The position numbers and the translations under genes were made by a program. A DNA stretch of 64,000 nucleotides from an uncultured Candidatus Saccharibacteria bacterium (GTDB lineage Bacteria; Patescibacteriota; Minisyncoccia; Phycocordibacterales; CAIRYW01): NCBI GenBank assembly GCA_964386665.1, contig CAYLQP010000003.1, positions 28,731-92,730 on the forward strand. Reading direction: 5' to 3'. Within the stretch, counting starts at the first letter, position 1. Every line of letters begins with the position of its first letter. The notes below the pieces were generated by a model that saw nothing but the letters and a program-made list of their open reading frames with translations, searched no databases and had not been told where the DNA came from. Positions 45,616-54,228 of this stretch are shown in pieces.

Positions 45616-47319
45616 CTATCTATCCGGCGGAATCTCATAATAATTCACTAAAAACTTACTTATATCAAGAAATGGTTCTGTAAGTGTATTTGATGCATAG
45701 GTCACCCCTTTTGGATAAACGGTATACAAGAATACAATAAACTTTGGATTATATGCTGGAAAATAACCAAAAAATGAGTGCAAATATCTATCTTCAAAAT
45801 ACCCACCACCGTTTGGATTAGCAATCTGCGCTGTTCCTGTTTTTGCGGCAACTGAATAATGAGGGTTTTTGGCTCTTCCATCAAGAAGTGATTCGTCCAC
45901 AACTTTTACAAGCATTCGTGTAATTTCATTTGAACTTTCTTCTGAAATAACCCGACGAACTGGATCTGGATCAATGTTTTTATGAAGCCCAGTTCGATAA
46001 TTAATCCGCTTGATCAAATGCGGTATGACTAGATTACCACCGTTTCCAAGGGTTGCAAGTGCACGAGTAATTGACACAGGAGTAAGTGCAATTCCTTGTC
46101 CAAACGATGCGGTAGCATATTCAATATCACGCGGACTTTTAAGGTTCCCAACAATGTTTGACACTTCATTTGGCAAATCAATCCCTGTCTTTTCTCCAAA
46201 CCCAAAGTCCATAAAATACTTCTTAAATTTTTCTTTTCCGAGCTTTTGATAAATGTACACCATTCCCGTATTGAGCGATTTACTCAGTGCTGTCTGCATC
46301 GGAATCTGTCCTCTTCCTTTTTTATCAAAGTTATAAATCGTCTCCGTATCAAGAGTAATTGATCCCTTGTCAAAATAAGTACTCTCCGCACCAATCACAC
46401 CCGCATCAAGTCCCGCTGCAACAGTAAGGGGCTTCACAATTGAACCCATTTCACGCACCTCCTCTACAAGTGGATTACCGAACACCGCAACGTTTGTTTC
46501 TTTTTGAAAATTATTTGGATCAAAGTTTGGAACACTCGCCATACCAACAATTTCTCCAGTCATAGGATCCATTATGATTCCTCCTGTCTCAGTTGAAGAC
46601 CATTTCGCATTAATACCCGCAACCGCTTCAGACAAATGCGCCTGTACAACAGGTTCAATAGTAGAAATAATATCGCCTTCAAGCACATCTTCTTTTGAAA
46701 CTGTTTTTTTAATATTTGAAAATACTTCAACAAAAAAGTTGGCATACAAATCACTTCCTTTTCGAGAAAGTGTTTTTTCATAAAAACGTTCTAACCCGTA
46801 ACGCCCAGATAATTCATCACCCTTAAACGCAATGAACCCAAGTACATTTGAAGCTTCATTTCCCCCAGGATAAAACCGCCATTGCTCTTTGTACAAACGA
46901 ACTCCTGAAATCTTGAGTGCTTCAATTGCCTTTCCTTTGTCCTCTGGAACTCGTTTTGCAACCTCTTCGTAAGGATCATTTTTTTTCATTGCCTTGGCCA
47001 AAAAAGCTTCACGGTCAAGATCAATGATTGTATGTAACTTTTCAAATACCTCTTCTTCATTGGTGAGAATCTTTGGATTAATTGCAACAATAAAACCTGT
47101 TTTAAGGGTTGCAGCAGAAATAAGTCTTTTGTCTCTTGTCTCAAAAAAAATAGATCCTCGAGAAAAAATCGAGTTGTTAGGTTTCGAATATTGACGATCG
47201 GCATTTAAGACAAACTCATCGTGTTTTACAATTTGAAGAAAATATAACTTTCCTACAATTACAAACGCAACTGCAAGAATCACGGCTCCGATAATTCTGA
47301 TGCGTTTTTCAGCAATCAT
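45616..47319 (-). CDS. ftsI: Penicillin-binding protein 2 / FtsI (class B transpeptidase)
   Basis: N-terminal TM, dimerisation domain, and transpeptidase motifs (…TGEIVGMAS… / …SFGQGIALTP… / KTGTA). Confidence 0.8.
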   Translation of the reverse strand: MIAEKRIRIIGAVILAVAFVIVGKLYFLQIVKHDEFVLNADRQYSKPNNSIFSRGSIFFETRDKRLISAATLKTGFIVAINPKILTNEEEVFEKLHTIIDLDREAFLAKAMKKNDPYEEVAKRVPEDKGKAIEALKISGVRLYKEQWRFYPGGNEASNVLGFIAFKGDELSGRYGLERFYEKTLSRKGSDLYANFFVEVFSNIKKTVSKEDVLEGDIISTIEPVVQAHLSEAVAGINAKWSSTETGGIIMDPMTGEIVGMASVPNFDPNNFQKETNVAVFGNPLVEEVREMGSIVKPLTVAAGLDAGVIGAESTYFDKGSITLDTETIYNFDKKGRGQIPMQTALSKSLNTGMVYIYQKLGKEKFKKYFMDFGFGEKTGIDLPNEVSNIVGNLKSPRDIEYATASFGQGIALTPVSITRALATLGNGGNLVIPHLIKRINYRTGLHKNIDPDPVRRVISEESSNEITRMLVKVVDESLLDGRAKNPHYSVAAKTGTAQIANPNGGGYFEDRYLHSFFGYFPAYNPKFIVFLYTVYPKGVTYASNTLTEPFLDISKFLVNYYEIPPDR

Positions 47320-47615
47320 CGAGAAAATGCAACATTGTCATTTCGTGCGACCGAAAAATGAGAAACTTCCACGAAACCAAGCGTCTTTGCTTTTTCGAGT
47401 GTAATATCTGATGTAACATTAACGTATGCAAATTCGAGCTCACTCACTGTTGTCTGCAAACGAACCAACTCTTGTTCAGCTTGTTGTCTCGCAAGCGTAT
47501 TTGAAACAGTAAATCCAACAAGAAACATATATGAAGCAATCAGTAATCCACAACAACTTGCAAGTATAAAAAATGTTTTTTGATTTGTGTATGAAAATGT
47601 TTTAGTGTTATACAT
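47316..47615 (-). CDS. ftsL: Cell division protein FtsL-like
   Basis: 99 aa with a single TM and coiled coil, in the rsmH-ftsL-ftsI position. Confidence 0.5.
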   Translation of the reverse strand: MYNTKTFSYTNQKTFFILASCCGLLIASYMFLVGFTVSNTLARQQAEQELVRLQTTVSELEFAYVNVTSDITLEKAKTLGFVEVSHFSVARNDNVAFSR

Positions 47616-48516
47616 TGTTGTGTTTTTCTATAATACGCAATTTTGCACTGCGTGATCTTGGATTTGCTAATAATTCTTCTCTTGTTGGAACAATTGGTTT
47701 TTTGTTGATAAGCTCTGCTTTCCCTTCATCTTTGAGTGTTCGAAACAGACGCTTTACCACCCTATCTTCAAGACTATGAAATGTTATAACTGCGATACGT
47801 CCGCCAAGATGCAAAATTTCGAAGGCATCCTTAAGGGTAGTTTCAAGAACTTCTAACTCATTGTTAACCGCCATACGGATTGCTTGGAATGTTTTTGTTG
47901 CTGGATGAATCTTGCCTTTCCGATAGAAAGTTGGTACTGCACCACTTACGATATCTGCAAGTTCTTTTGAGGTCATAATACGCTTTTCTTCTCGAGCAAG
48001 AACAATGGCACTGGCGATTCGTCTGGCAAACTTCTCTTCACCAAATCCTTTAATGATTGAGAAAAGGTTTTCTTCTTCAAATTCGTTTACCACATACTCT
48101 GCAGTTAGTTCATCTTTGGTTGGATGTTTACTGAAGGTCATAAGAAGTGGCTCATCTTTGCGAAATGTAAATCCCCTTCCTGAAGTTTCTAGTTGATCAC
48201 TACTAAGTCCAAGATCAAAAATAAACTTATCAACCTCTGTTACCCCCTTTTCCTTCAAAACAGTTTTAAGATTTTTGAAGTTAGAAAGAATGTATGTCAC
48301 ATTTGCCTCAAGTCCCTGAAGTGAAAATTCAGCTCGGATAAGCGCATCAGCATCAGCATCAATACCATAGATAGTAACCTTGTCTTTGTGACGCCTGATC
48401 ACTTCCTTGGTATGCCCCGCAGCATTGAATGTTGCATCAACAACAACATCTCCTGAAGAAATATTGAGTCCGTCAATTGTTTCGTGTAAAAGAACTGTTT
48501 TATGAACTGTTTTCAT
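47608..48516 (-). CDS. rsmH: 16S rRNA (cytosine1402-N4)-methyltransferase
   Basis: MraW signature …VDATFNAAGHT… and DLGLSSDQL. Confidence 0.9.
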   Translation of the reverse strand: MKTVHKTVLLHETIDGLNISSGDVVVDATFNAAGHTKEVIRRHKDKVTIYGIDADADALIRAEFSLQGLEANVTYILSNFKNLKTVLKEKGVTEVDKFIFDLGLSSDQLETSGRGFTFRKDEPLLMTFSKHPTKDELTAEYVVNEFEEENLFSIIKGFGEEKFARRIASAIVLAREEKRIMTSKELADIVSGAVPTFYRKGKIHPATKTFQAIRMAVNNELEVLETTLKDAFEILHLGGRIAVITFHSLEDRVVKRLFRTLKDEGKAELINKKPIVPTREELLANPRSRSAKLRIIEKHNNV

Positions 48517-48521
48517 CTTGA

Positions 48522-48956
48522 TTAAAATGCGCCGGTTTGACTAAGTTTTTCTGCCAAGCTATCTGCCTGCTTAACAATCTTTTGTTTGTAGTCTCCCCAT
48601 TTCTTTTCGTTCCACATTTCAATCCGTTTGTGCACTCCAATAAAGACACATTTGTCTTTAAGCGTTGCATACTCTCGTAAATACTCAGGAATCAAAAGAC
48701 GACCAAGAGAGTCTATTTCGATTTCAACAGCTCCACCAAACATAAAGCGGTTAAATTCTCGGGTGTCTGATCGCATCATTCCAAGTTTTGCGATTTCTTC
48801 GGAGATTTTTTCCCATTCCTTCACTGTGTACAAGAACAGACATTGTTCAAGTCCATAAGTGGCAACAATTTTTTTTCCAACTTCTTTTCGAAATTTCGAA
48901 GGAAGTGAAATTCTTTTTTTGTCGTCGATTGTATGAGTAAATTCTCCGATTAACAT
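48522..48956 (-). CDS. mraZ: Transcriptional regulator MraZ
   Basis: Starts MLIGEFTHTIDDKKRISLP, with a second DxxxR repeat (…EIEIDSLGRLLIP…). The track start at 49049 is upstream and out of family. Confidence 0.8.
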   Translation of the reverse strand: MLIGEFTHTIDDKKRISLPSKFRKEVGKKIVATYGLEQCLFLYTVKEWEKISEEIAKLGMMRSDTREFNRFMFGGAVEIEIDSLGRLLIPEYLREYATLKDKCVFIGVHKRIEMWNEKKWGDYKQKIVKQADSLAEKLSQTGAF

Positions 48957-49194
48957 ATGTTTTTGTGATACAAAATGATTTACCACTTCATACCACTTAC
49001 ATAACATTATATCCCACTTCAACCCATATGCAAACAAAGTTTTCCACAATTATGGCGCTCAATTTTGGTTTCTTCGAAACCAAAATTTAGCGCCATACCG
49101 CCCCCCCCCATATTTTACAAAAAAAGACATTTAATATATAAAAAGTAAATATATTTCACACGGACACGGACACCAAAAACATACAGAACCCCCA

Positions 49195-49278
49195 GTGTTA
49201 GCAGCACTGCTCATTGTGTTAACCTTACTTGCCTGCGCATTGTATTGCGCATGGAAAGCAGGCTTACTCACCTTCTAA
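49195..49278 (+). CDS. Candidate 27-aa hydrophobic peptide gene (GTG start)
   Basis: Reads VLAALLIVLTLLACALYCAWKAGLLTF*. It is preceded by a σ70-like tttaca-17-atataa and followed directly by a strong terminator. Confidence 0.25.
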   Translation: MLAALLIVLTLLACALYCAWKAGLLTF

Positions 49279-49281
49279 CGA

Positions 49282-49311
49282 CGAAATCCTTCACAGGATT
49301 CGTCTTTTTTT
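49282..49311 (+). terminator. Rho-independent terminator
   Basis: gacgaaatcc-ttcaca-ggattcgtc + T9. Confidence 0.6.
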
Positions 49312-49602
49312 TATGCGCGACATAAAGTGAATGAAATACAGAAGTGATCTTTCTTATTTCTGAGCCAAGGGACTAATCGGGTAACAACCCCGATACCCTG
49401 CGTCGAGGCTGTTGATTTAAAAACCATTATGTTATAAACGTTTTTCTTCAAAACACAACAAAAACACAAATTTGACTACTTAACAAATAAATAGTATAAT
49501 AAGTCCAGTCCAAAAGAGTGTCTTTGTGTTGCCTTCCTGGCACCACATCGTAACAACTTACGCTCTTTGACACACTACTCAACGAAAAAACCAACTCGTC
49601 AC

Positions 49603-50886
49603 ATGAAAATTATCTTCTACCTCCTCTTTGCAGCCATCGTGCTGCTTCTAGGAACGACTCTTAGTCTGCTCATTTGGGCAGGCATGTACGTCTTCCGTAC
49701 CTCAACTTCAATGGGGTTTACATACCTCATAGGAGTAACGATCTCCGCAACATTCCTCATTATCCTCGGATGGTGGTGGTATAAAACGGAGCTGCCAAAA
49801 ATTTGGCGCTCCCTTGCCGAGAAAGAAAAGTTCATCACACTGGCTCCAGAAAAACATTTCGTCCCAATTGAAAGAGCGGGTCGGTTTGTTTGGGGATTCA
49901 AATGTGAAGGAGGACTAATCATTCTCCTAATTCCACGCCCCTCAAGACAAGCAGGAGACCCTTGCTTGATAACTGTAATGCCAGAAAATATCTTTTCCGG
50001 GCTTGACTTAATCTTGTACCACTATTTCGTGGGACAGGGTTACGTCTGGCTAGGTTTTGATGCAAGTTCACAGGGGACAACTCGTGTAGGATCTCTTGCA
50101 ATACCCAAGGCAAGGTTGCAAAAAAGAGAGGGTCTTGATGAAGTTCAGATCAAAGTGGAGCCCATCAAGGCTCTTCGACTCACCTTCCAACGGTACGTCG
50201 TTGTGTCTGAAATCGAAACCACTGACGGACACAAGCTTCGTCTTTTGGCCCTTGCTATAGTAACTGTCACGGACCCCTACCTTGCTTGGTATGGTCTTGG
50301 AGGGAAAGCATACGAAACCCTCGATACGATAGTGGCAACACTAATTCGTACAGAGGGGGAAAAACACTCACTCGTCTCGATGTATCAGTCTGGTGCAAAC
50401 GGACAGGATGAAATCGAAGAGGAGATAAAAGAAGGATCCATAGAGACTGAAAGAAAATTAGGAATGAAGATCACTCTTACCATTGAAGAATGGGAAGATG
50501 ATGCTGGTCCTGGATTTCGAATCTTCATTGGTCGGGTCCAAACCGCTCAACAAGAGACGGCTAACCAGATCGCAGAGATGGAAATGCGAATCCGTATCGC
50601 AGAAAAGAAGGGAGATGAGCTCGCAGCCCAAGCACTCCTTGAAGTGGAACGAGCAAAGCTTGAAATACAGCGAAAGCTCGCAAACGAAGAGGAATACAAG
50701 GCTCTTCTTGCCCTCGCAGGAGGAAAAGAAGATGCTGTCATACACATAGTTCTCAAACAACAGCTTGGAGACGATCTCTACAAGAAGTATGTCGACGCTG
50801 ATGCACTAAAGCACACAAAGGTGCAAGTGCTTGGCACTAACGCAACCCCACTCATTAACCTACCACAACCACCAACTCAACCATGA
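49603..50886 (+). CDS. SPFH/band-7 (flotillin/stomatin-like) membrane protein
   Basis: Two N-terminal TM helices, an SPFH core (…LAIVTVTDPYLAWYGLG…) and a C-terminal EA-rich coiled coil (…AEMEMRIRIAEKKGDELAAQALLEVERAKLEIQ…). The region is GC-rich (~50%). Confidence 0.55.
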   Translation: MKIIFYLLFAAIVLLLGTTLSLLIWAGMYVFRTSTSMGFTYLIGVTISATFLIILGWWWYKTELPKIWRSLAEKEKFITLAPEKHFVPIERAGRFVWGFKCEGGLIILLIPRPSRQAGDPCLITVMPENIFSGLDLILYHYFVGQGYVWLGFDASSQGTTRVGSLAIPKARLQKREGLDEVQIKVEPIKALRLTFQRYVVVSEIETTDGHKLRLLALAIVTVTDPYLAWYGLGGKAYETLDTIVATLIRTEGEKHSLVSMYQSGANGQDEIEEEIKEGSIETERKLGMKITLTIEEWEDDAGPGFRIFIGRVQTAQQETANQIAEMEMRIRIAEKKGDELAAQALLEVERAKLEIQRKLANEEEYKALLALAGGKEDAVIHIVLKQQLGDDLYKKYVDADALKHTKVQVLGTNATPLINLPQPPTQP

Positions 50887-51704
50887 ATCCAGTCGTAATA
50901 ACCATTCTTGCATTCGCAGTGCCACTTCTGGTGGTACTGTGGTTTGCAATAAAATGGTTCAGAGGCCTTACATACCGCTCTTCCTCTGGAGCTGGTAACA
51001 GGTCCAAATGGACCATCCTGTCCATCGCGACCCTTGTGCTGGCGACGGCCTTTGGCGGATGGATAGGGCTTAGCCTTTCGGGGCTGGCATTGTCCTTTGT
51101 GTGGATGCACTTTATGCCAGGGCAAACCTGGTTCAAGTGGTCGACAGCAGCTTGCGGACTCATACTGCTTATGTCTCTAGTGCTCAACCAAAGCGCCAAG
51201 ACCAAAGCAGCGAAAGAAACGCGGATAGCGGAGGCAAGCCAAGGCTTCCGCAAGTCTGAGCTTATCGCTCGTGCGAAGGCACGAGGCAAGATAGTGAACG
51301 AGGACGCTGCCATCTGGGAAGGCACCTTAGAGACGTTTGATGTGGCAACACATCGATACGTTCCAGGATGGTCTGGGCAAGAGGTGGAAATCCTTGTCTG
51401 GGAAGAAGATGAATTCATCCTGCAGATGGAAATGCAGGATGGAAGCATACTCCACTTGGAGTATGACGAAGCATCCATTGGTCCCCAAAAGGGCGAGTGG
51501 ACGTGGTCATCGAGGATCCGGAGAGAGGAAGGAAGGTTTAGCCTCTCGACCGTATTGTCCGGACCGGCGTCGAGCAAGGGATTTGGTGGGATCATCACAG
51601 GTCTCCCACTCCCTAAAGGTCAAACAGGGGTGTTCCCGCCCCTGGAGTTCCGGTTCATCCCTAACCGGACACTTGCGGATGTAATCCGCAAGTTCGTTGA
51701 GTAG
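50883..51704 (+). CDS. Polytopic membrane protein translationally coupled to the SPFH gene (possible NfeD-like partner)
   Basis: ATGA overlap with the upstream stop. 3-4 N-terminal TM helices, then a ~170-aa soluble domain. Confidence 0.45.
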   Translation: MNPVVITILAFAVPLLVVLWFAIKWFRGLTYRSSSGAGNRSKWTILSIATLVLATAFGGWIGLSLSGLALSFVWMHFMPGQTWFKWSTAACGLILLMSLVLNQSAKTKAAKETRIAEASQGFRKSELIARAKARGKIVNEDAAIWEGTLETFDVATHRYVPGWSGQEVEILVWEEDEFILQMEMQDGSILHLEYDEASIGPQKGEWTWSSRIRREEGRFSLSTVLSGPASSKGFGGIITGLPLPKGQTGVFPPLEFRFIPNRTLADVIRKFVE

Positions 51705-51716
51705 TGTCCCACGCAA

Positions 51717-51748
51717 GCGGAGGATCCCCTGGATCCTCCGCTTTTTTA
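51717..51748 (+). terminator. Rho-independent terminator
   Basis: gcggaggatcc-cctg-ggatcctccgc + T6. Confidence 0.65.
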
Positions 51749-51798
51749 ATATTCAAAAAAATGCCTCGTTCGTATTATAAACAATCATATTTAACACC

Positions 51799-51830
51799 TC
51801 TCCAAACACAAAACACCACGCTCGCGCGTG
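51799..51830. terminator. Bidirectional terminator between convergent units
   Basis: aaacaccacgc-tcgc-gcgtggtgttt with an A-run 5' and a T-run 3'. Confidence 0.55.
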
Positions 51831-51848
51831 GTGTTTTGAAAGTTGTTT

Positions 51849-52169
51849 TTATTGACGAGGCAAGATTTTATCCACGTTTTGTATAGTACTTGGATCACTA
51901 CTGATTCCGAATGTATTGAGTACGATTCGAACAATCGTAAATGTCATCATCATAATAGCCATTCCAATAATACCCCACATAATCTGATTGGCTCCTTTTT
52001 GTCTTACCTCTTCATTATCTGCTCCAGAAATATAACCACGAACTCCCCAAAGAAAAACAAACAACGCAACAACGAACATTACGACAATAAGCGGATTTAC
52101 GATAGCTCCATTGAGCTTCAAGATAAATTCGGTTACTGGTGTTGCAGCTGCTGCGATGTTTTGTTCCAT
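51849..52169 (-). CDS. VirB2/TrbC-like two-helix hairpin membrane protein, paralog 1 (no signal peptide)
   Basis: Conserved module …IVNPLIVVMFVVALFVFLWGV-RGYISGADNEEVRQKG-ANQIMWGIIGMAIMMMTF…. Confidence 0.5.
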   Translation of the reverse strand: MEQNIAAAATPVTEFILKLNGAIVNPLIVVMFVVALFVFLWGVRGYISGADNEEVRQKGANQIMWGIIGMAIMMMTFTIVRIVLNTFGISSDPSTIQNVDKILPRQ

Positions 52170-52179
52170 TCTATGAAGG

Positions 52180-52533
52180 TTAGTTAGGGATGATAACTCG
52201 TGGAAGATCAGGAGAAGTAGTCACATCTCCAGAACCGAAGATTGAACTTCGAAGGATATTTACAAATCCCCATACAGCTGTCATCACAAAGAGTGCAATG
52301 ATACCAAAGATAATCATTCCTCGTGCTGCTGCTCGCGCTTCTTCGTCTCCTCCTGCTGTTACATACTTAAGTACCCCCACCAAGAAAAGAAGAAGTGCTA
52401 TTCCAACAATAAGTGGAATAAGTCTATCAATAATACCTGCAAGCGAACTAATTCCCGCTTCGATATTTGAAAAATCCGCCGCCATTGAAAGACCTGGCAC
52501 AAGCGCTACGACTGCTAACAAAAATTTTTTCAT
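52180..52533 (-). CDS. VirB2/TrbC-like secreted membrane protein, paralog 2
   Basis: Signal peptide MKKFLLAVVALVPGLSMA|AD, then LIPLIVGIALLLFLVGVL-KYVTAGGDEEARAAARG-MIIFGIIALFVMTAVWGF. Confidence 0.55.
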   Translation of the reverse strand: MKKFLLAVVALVPGLSMAADFSNIEAGISSLAGIIDRLIPLIVGIALLLFLVGVLKYVTAGGDEEARAAARGMIIFGIIALFVMTAVWGFVNILRSSIFGSGDVTTSPDLPRVIIPN

Positions 52534-52567
52534 TTTTAATTTGATTAATCTAATAATTTTGATTTAT

Positions 52568-52585
52568 TCTGTTTAAGAACAGAAA
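52568..52585 (-). promoter_or_regulatory. Hairpin plus TACAAT-containing promoter-like region in the only gap of the array
   Basis: ttctgtt-ctta-aacagaa, with tttttgttgctacaatat about 30 bp upstream of paralog 2. Confidence 0.3.
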
Positions 52586-52657
52586 TCACTAATACATATA
52601 TTGTAGCAACAAAAAAACGAAATTGCTATGCACCAAATACAAAACTGTGGATTACAG

Positions 52658-53050
52658 TTATTGACAAGTAGCCTTGAAACTACCTCCCTGTGCTGCAAAC
52701 TGTGGTACTCCAAATGAATCGCCGAGACCAAAACTTGCAACAAAAATTTTGAGTATTCCCCAAATAGACACCATAAAGAAAAATCCAACGATTCCATAAA
52801 TCATCATTTTGTTTCCGGCTGACCGTTTTTCTTCATTATCTCCGTGACTAACATATTTGATAAGTCCCGTCAAAAACGCTCCAACTGCAATCACAACAAC
52901 AAAAGGAATAAAATCAAGAACAATTTTAACAAAAATACAAATAATCTCCTTAAAACTTGTTGGCGCAGCTGGCTTCCCTGTACTTTGAGCAAAAAGTAAA
53001 ACAGGAAGTGTTAGAAGTGTAATAATGAATGAAAAGAATATATGTTTCAT
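52658..53050 (-). CDS. VirB2/TrbC-like secreted membrane protein, paralog 3
   Basis: Start taken at the internal MKHIFF. Signal peptide …LLFA|QS, then …FIPFVVVIAVGAFLTGLI-KYVSHGDNEEKRSAGNK-MMIYGIVGFFFMVSIWGI…. Confidence 0.55.
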   Translation of the reverse strand: MKHIFFSFIITLLTLPVLLFAQSTGKPAAPTSFKEIICIFVKIVLDFIPFVVVIAVGAFLTGLIKYVSHGDNEEKRSAGNKMMIYGIVGFFFMVSIWGILKIFVASFGLGDSFGVPQFAAQGGSFKATCQ

Positions 53051-53051
53051 A

Positions 53052-53429
53052 TTATTTAAGTGGGAGATAGTTAGGGATAGCAGTATCAGTTGAAAAGAAA
53101 GTTCGAACCACCAGATTAGTAATCCCCCAGAAAGCAACCATCACAAACAATACAACGAGTCCATAGATCATCACGTGACGACCATTTTGCCTTGCTTCTT
53201 CGTCATCTCCCGATTTTATAAACTTAATAACACCAGCAAGAAATGTTAAAAGAGCCACTGCAATAAGGGCAGGAATAAACCCTTTCATATTCCCCCATGC
53301 GAAGGTAAAAAACACATCACTGATAGTTTCTGGTGTTGTGGGAGGAGTATAGTTTGGACCCACTGCACATGTAAGCAGAGGTGTTAAGAAAAATGTAAAT
53401 ACTAGTATGTGACTAAAATATTTTTGCAT
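53052..53429 (-). CDS. VirB2/TrbC-like secreted membrane protein, paralog 4 (possible lipoprotein signal LLTC)
   Basis: Start MQKYFSHIL; …FIPALIAVALLTFLAGVI-KFIKSGDDEEARQNGRH-VMIYGLVVLFVMVAFWGI…. Confidence 0.55.
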   Translation of the reverse strand: MQKYFSHILVFTFFLTPLLTCAVGPNYTPPTTPETISDVFFTFAWGNMKGFIPALIAVALLTFLAGVIKFIKSGDDEEARQNGRHVMIYGLVVLFVMVAFWGITNLVVRTFFSTDTAIPNYLPLK

Positions 53430-53430
53430 A

Positions 53431-53844
53431 TTATTTGAATGGTGTTGTTGATTGTGGTGGAAGTGCTGGCATTTCAAATGAAGAGGCTGGGAAAATAGTT
53501 GAGTACAAAATCTTTACCAGTCCCCACACCGACGTCATTACAAAAAGTGCAATAATTCCAAAAAGCATAAGTCCTCTTCCTGCTTCTCTCGCTTCTTCGT
53601 TATCCCCACTTTTGACATATTTGAGAACCCCTACAATAAACATCACAAGAGCAAGCGCAAACAAGAAAGGAATAACGTATTTAGAAATAAGACAGATAGA
53701 AAACGTAAATAGTTGTCCAATGTCATTTGGTTGTCTACACGCAGATGCTGCAGGGGCAGATGTCGGATTCTGTGCTGATACAAACAAAGGAAGAATGACT
53801 AATGTGGCTGTAAAGAAAATAGATAACAATGTTTTTTTGTGCAT
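53431..53844 (-). CDS. VirB2/TrbC-like secreted membrane protein, paralog 5
   Basis: Signal peptide …LFVSA|QN, then …VIPFLFALALVMFIVGVL-KYVKSGDNEEAREAGRG-LMLFGIIALFVMTSVWGL…. Confidence 0.55.
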   Translation of the reverse strand: MHKKTLLSIFFTATLVILPLFVSAQNPTSAPAASACRQPNDIGQLFTFSICLISKYVIPFLFALALVMFIVGVLKYVKSGDNEEAREAGRGLMLFGIIALFVMTSVWGLVKILYSTIFPASSFEMPALPPQSTTPFK

Positions 53845-53849
53845 ATAGA

Positions 53850-54218
53850 TTATGTTAATTGATTAACTGTTCCTTCGATAATTTTGAAGATAACCTTTGC
53901 TCCAAGAAGGACTGCGGTTCCTACCATCGCCCAGGTAATAGTTTTGCGTCCATTTGAAACCTTCTCTTCATCTCCTGCTGCAGTCACCAAAAGAAATCCT
54001 CCGTACATTATACCCAACACCGAGACAATAACTCCGAGTTGAATAAGTCCATCAACAATAGATGCAAAGAACCCTGAAAGACTAGTGGCTTCAATTGGAT
54101 TTTGGATTGTATTTGAATTTTTGCCCCCAGATGCTTCCGCTAATACAAACAAAGGAAAAACCCACAAGGTCAAAATTATAAATGATTTATTTTTAAAAAA
54201 TGTGAGTGTTTTTTTCAT
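53850..54218 (-). CDS. VirB2/TrbC-like secreted membrane protein, paralog 6
   Basis: Start MKKTLTFF. Signal peptide …FVLA|EA, then …LIQLGVIVSVLGIMYGGFLLV-TAAGDEEKVSNGRK-TITWAMVGTAVLLGAKVI…. Confidence 0.5.
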   Translation of the reverse strand: MKKTLTFFKNKSFIILTLWVFPLFVLAEASGGKNSNTIQNPIEATSLSGFFASIVDGLIQLGVIVSVLGIMYGGFLLVTAAGDEEKVSNGRKTITWAMVGTAVLLGAKVIFKIIEGTVNQLT

Positions 54219-54228
54219 ACGTATTTCA

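Noticed and set aside
50458-51716. Multiple antisense/alternate-frame ORFs (e.g. 50855..51598 -, 51337..51684 +) within the SPFH island
   Set aside because: GC-rich sequence yields long spurious frames. The two + strand genes have coherent TM plus domain architecture and ATGA coupling.
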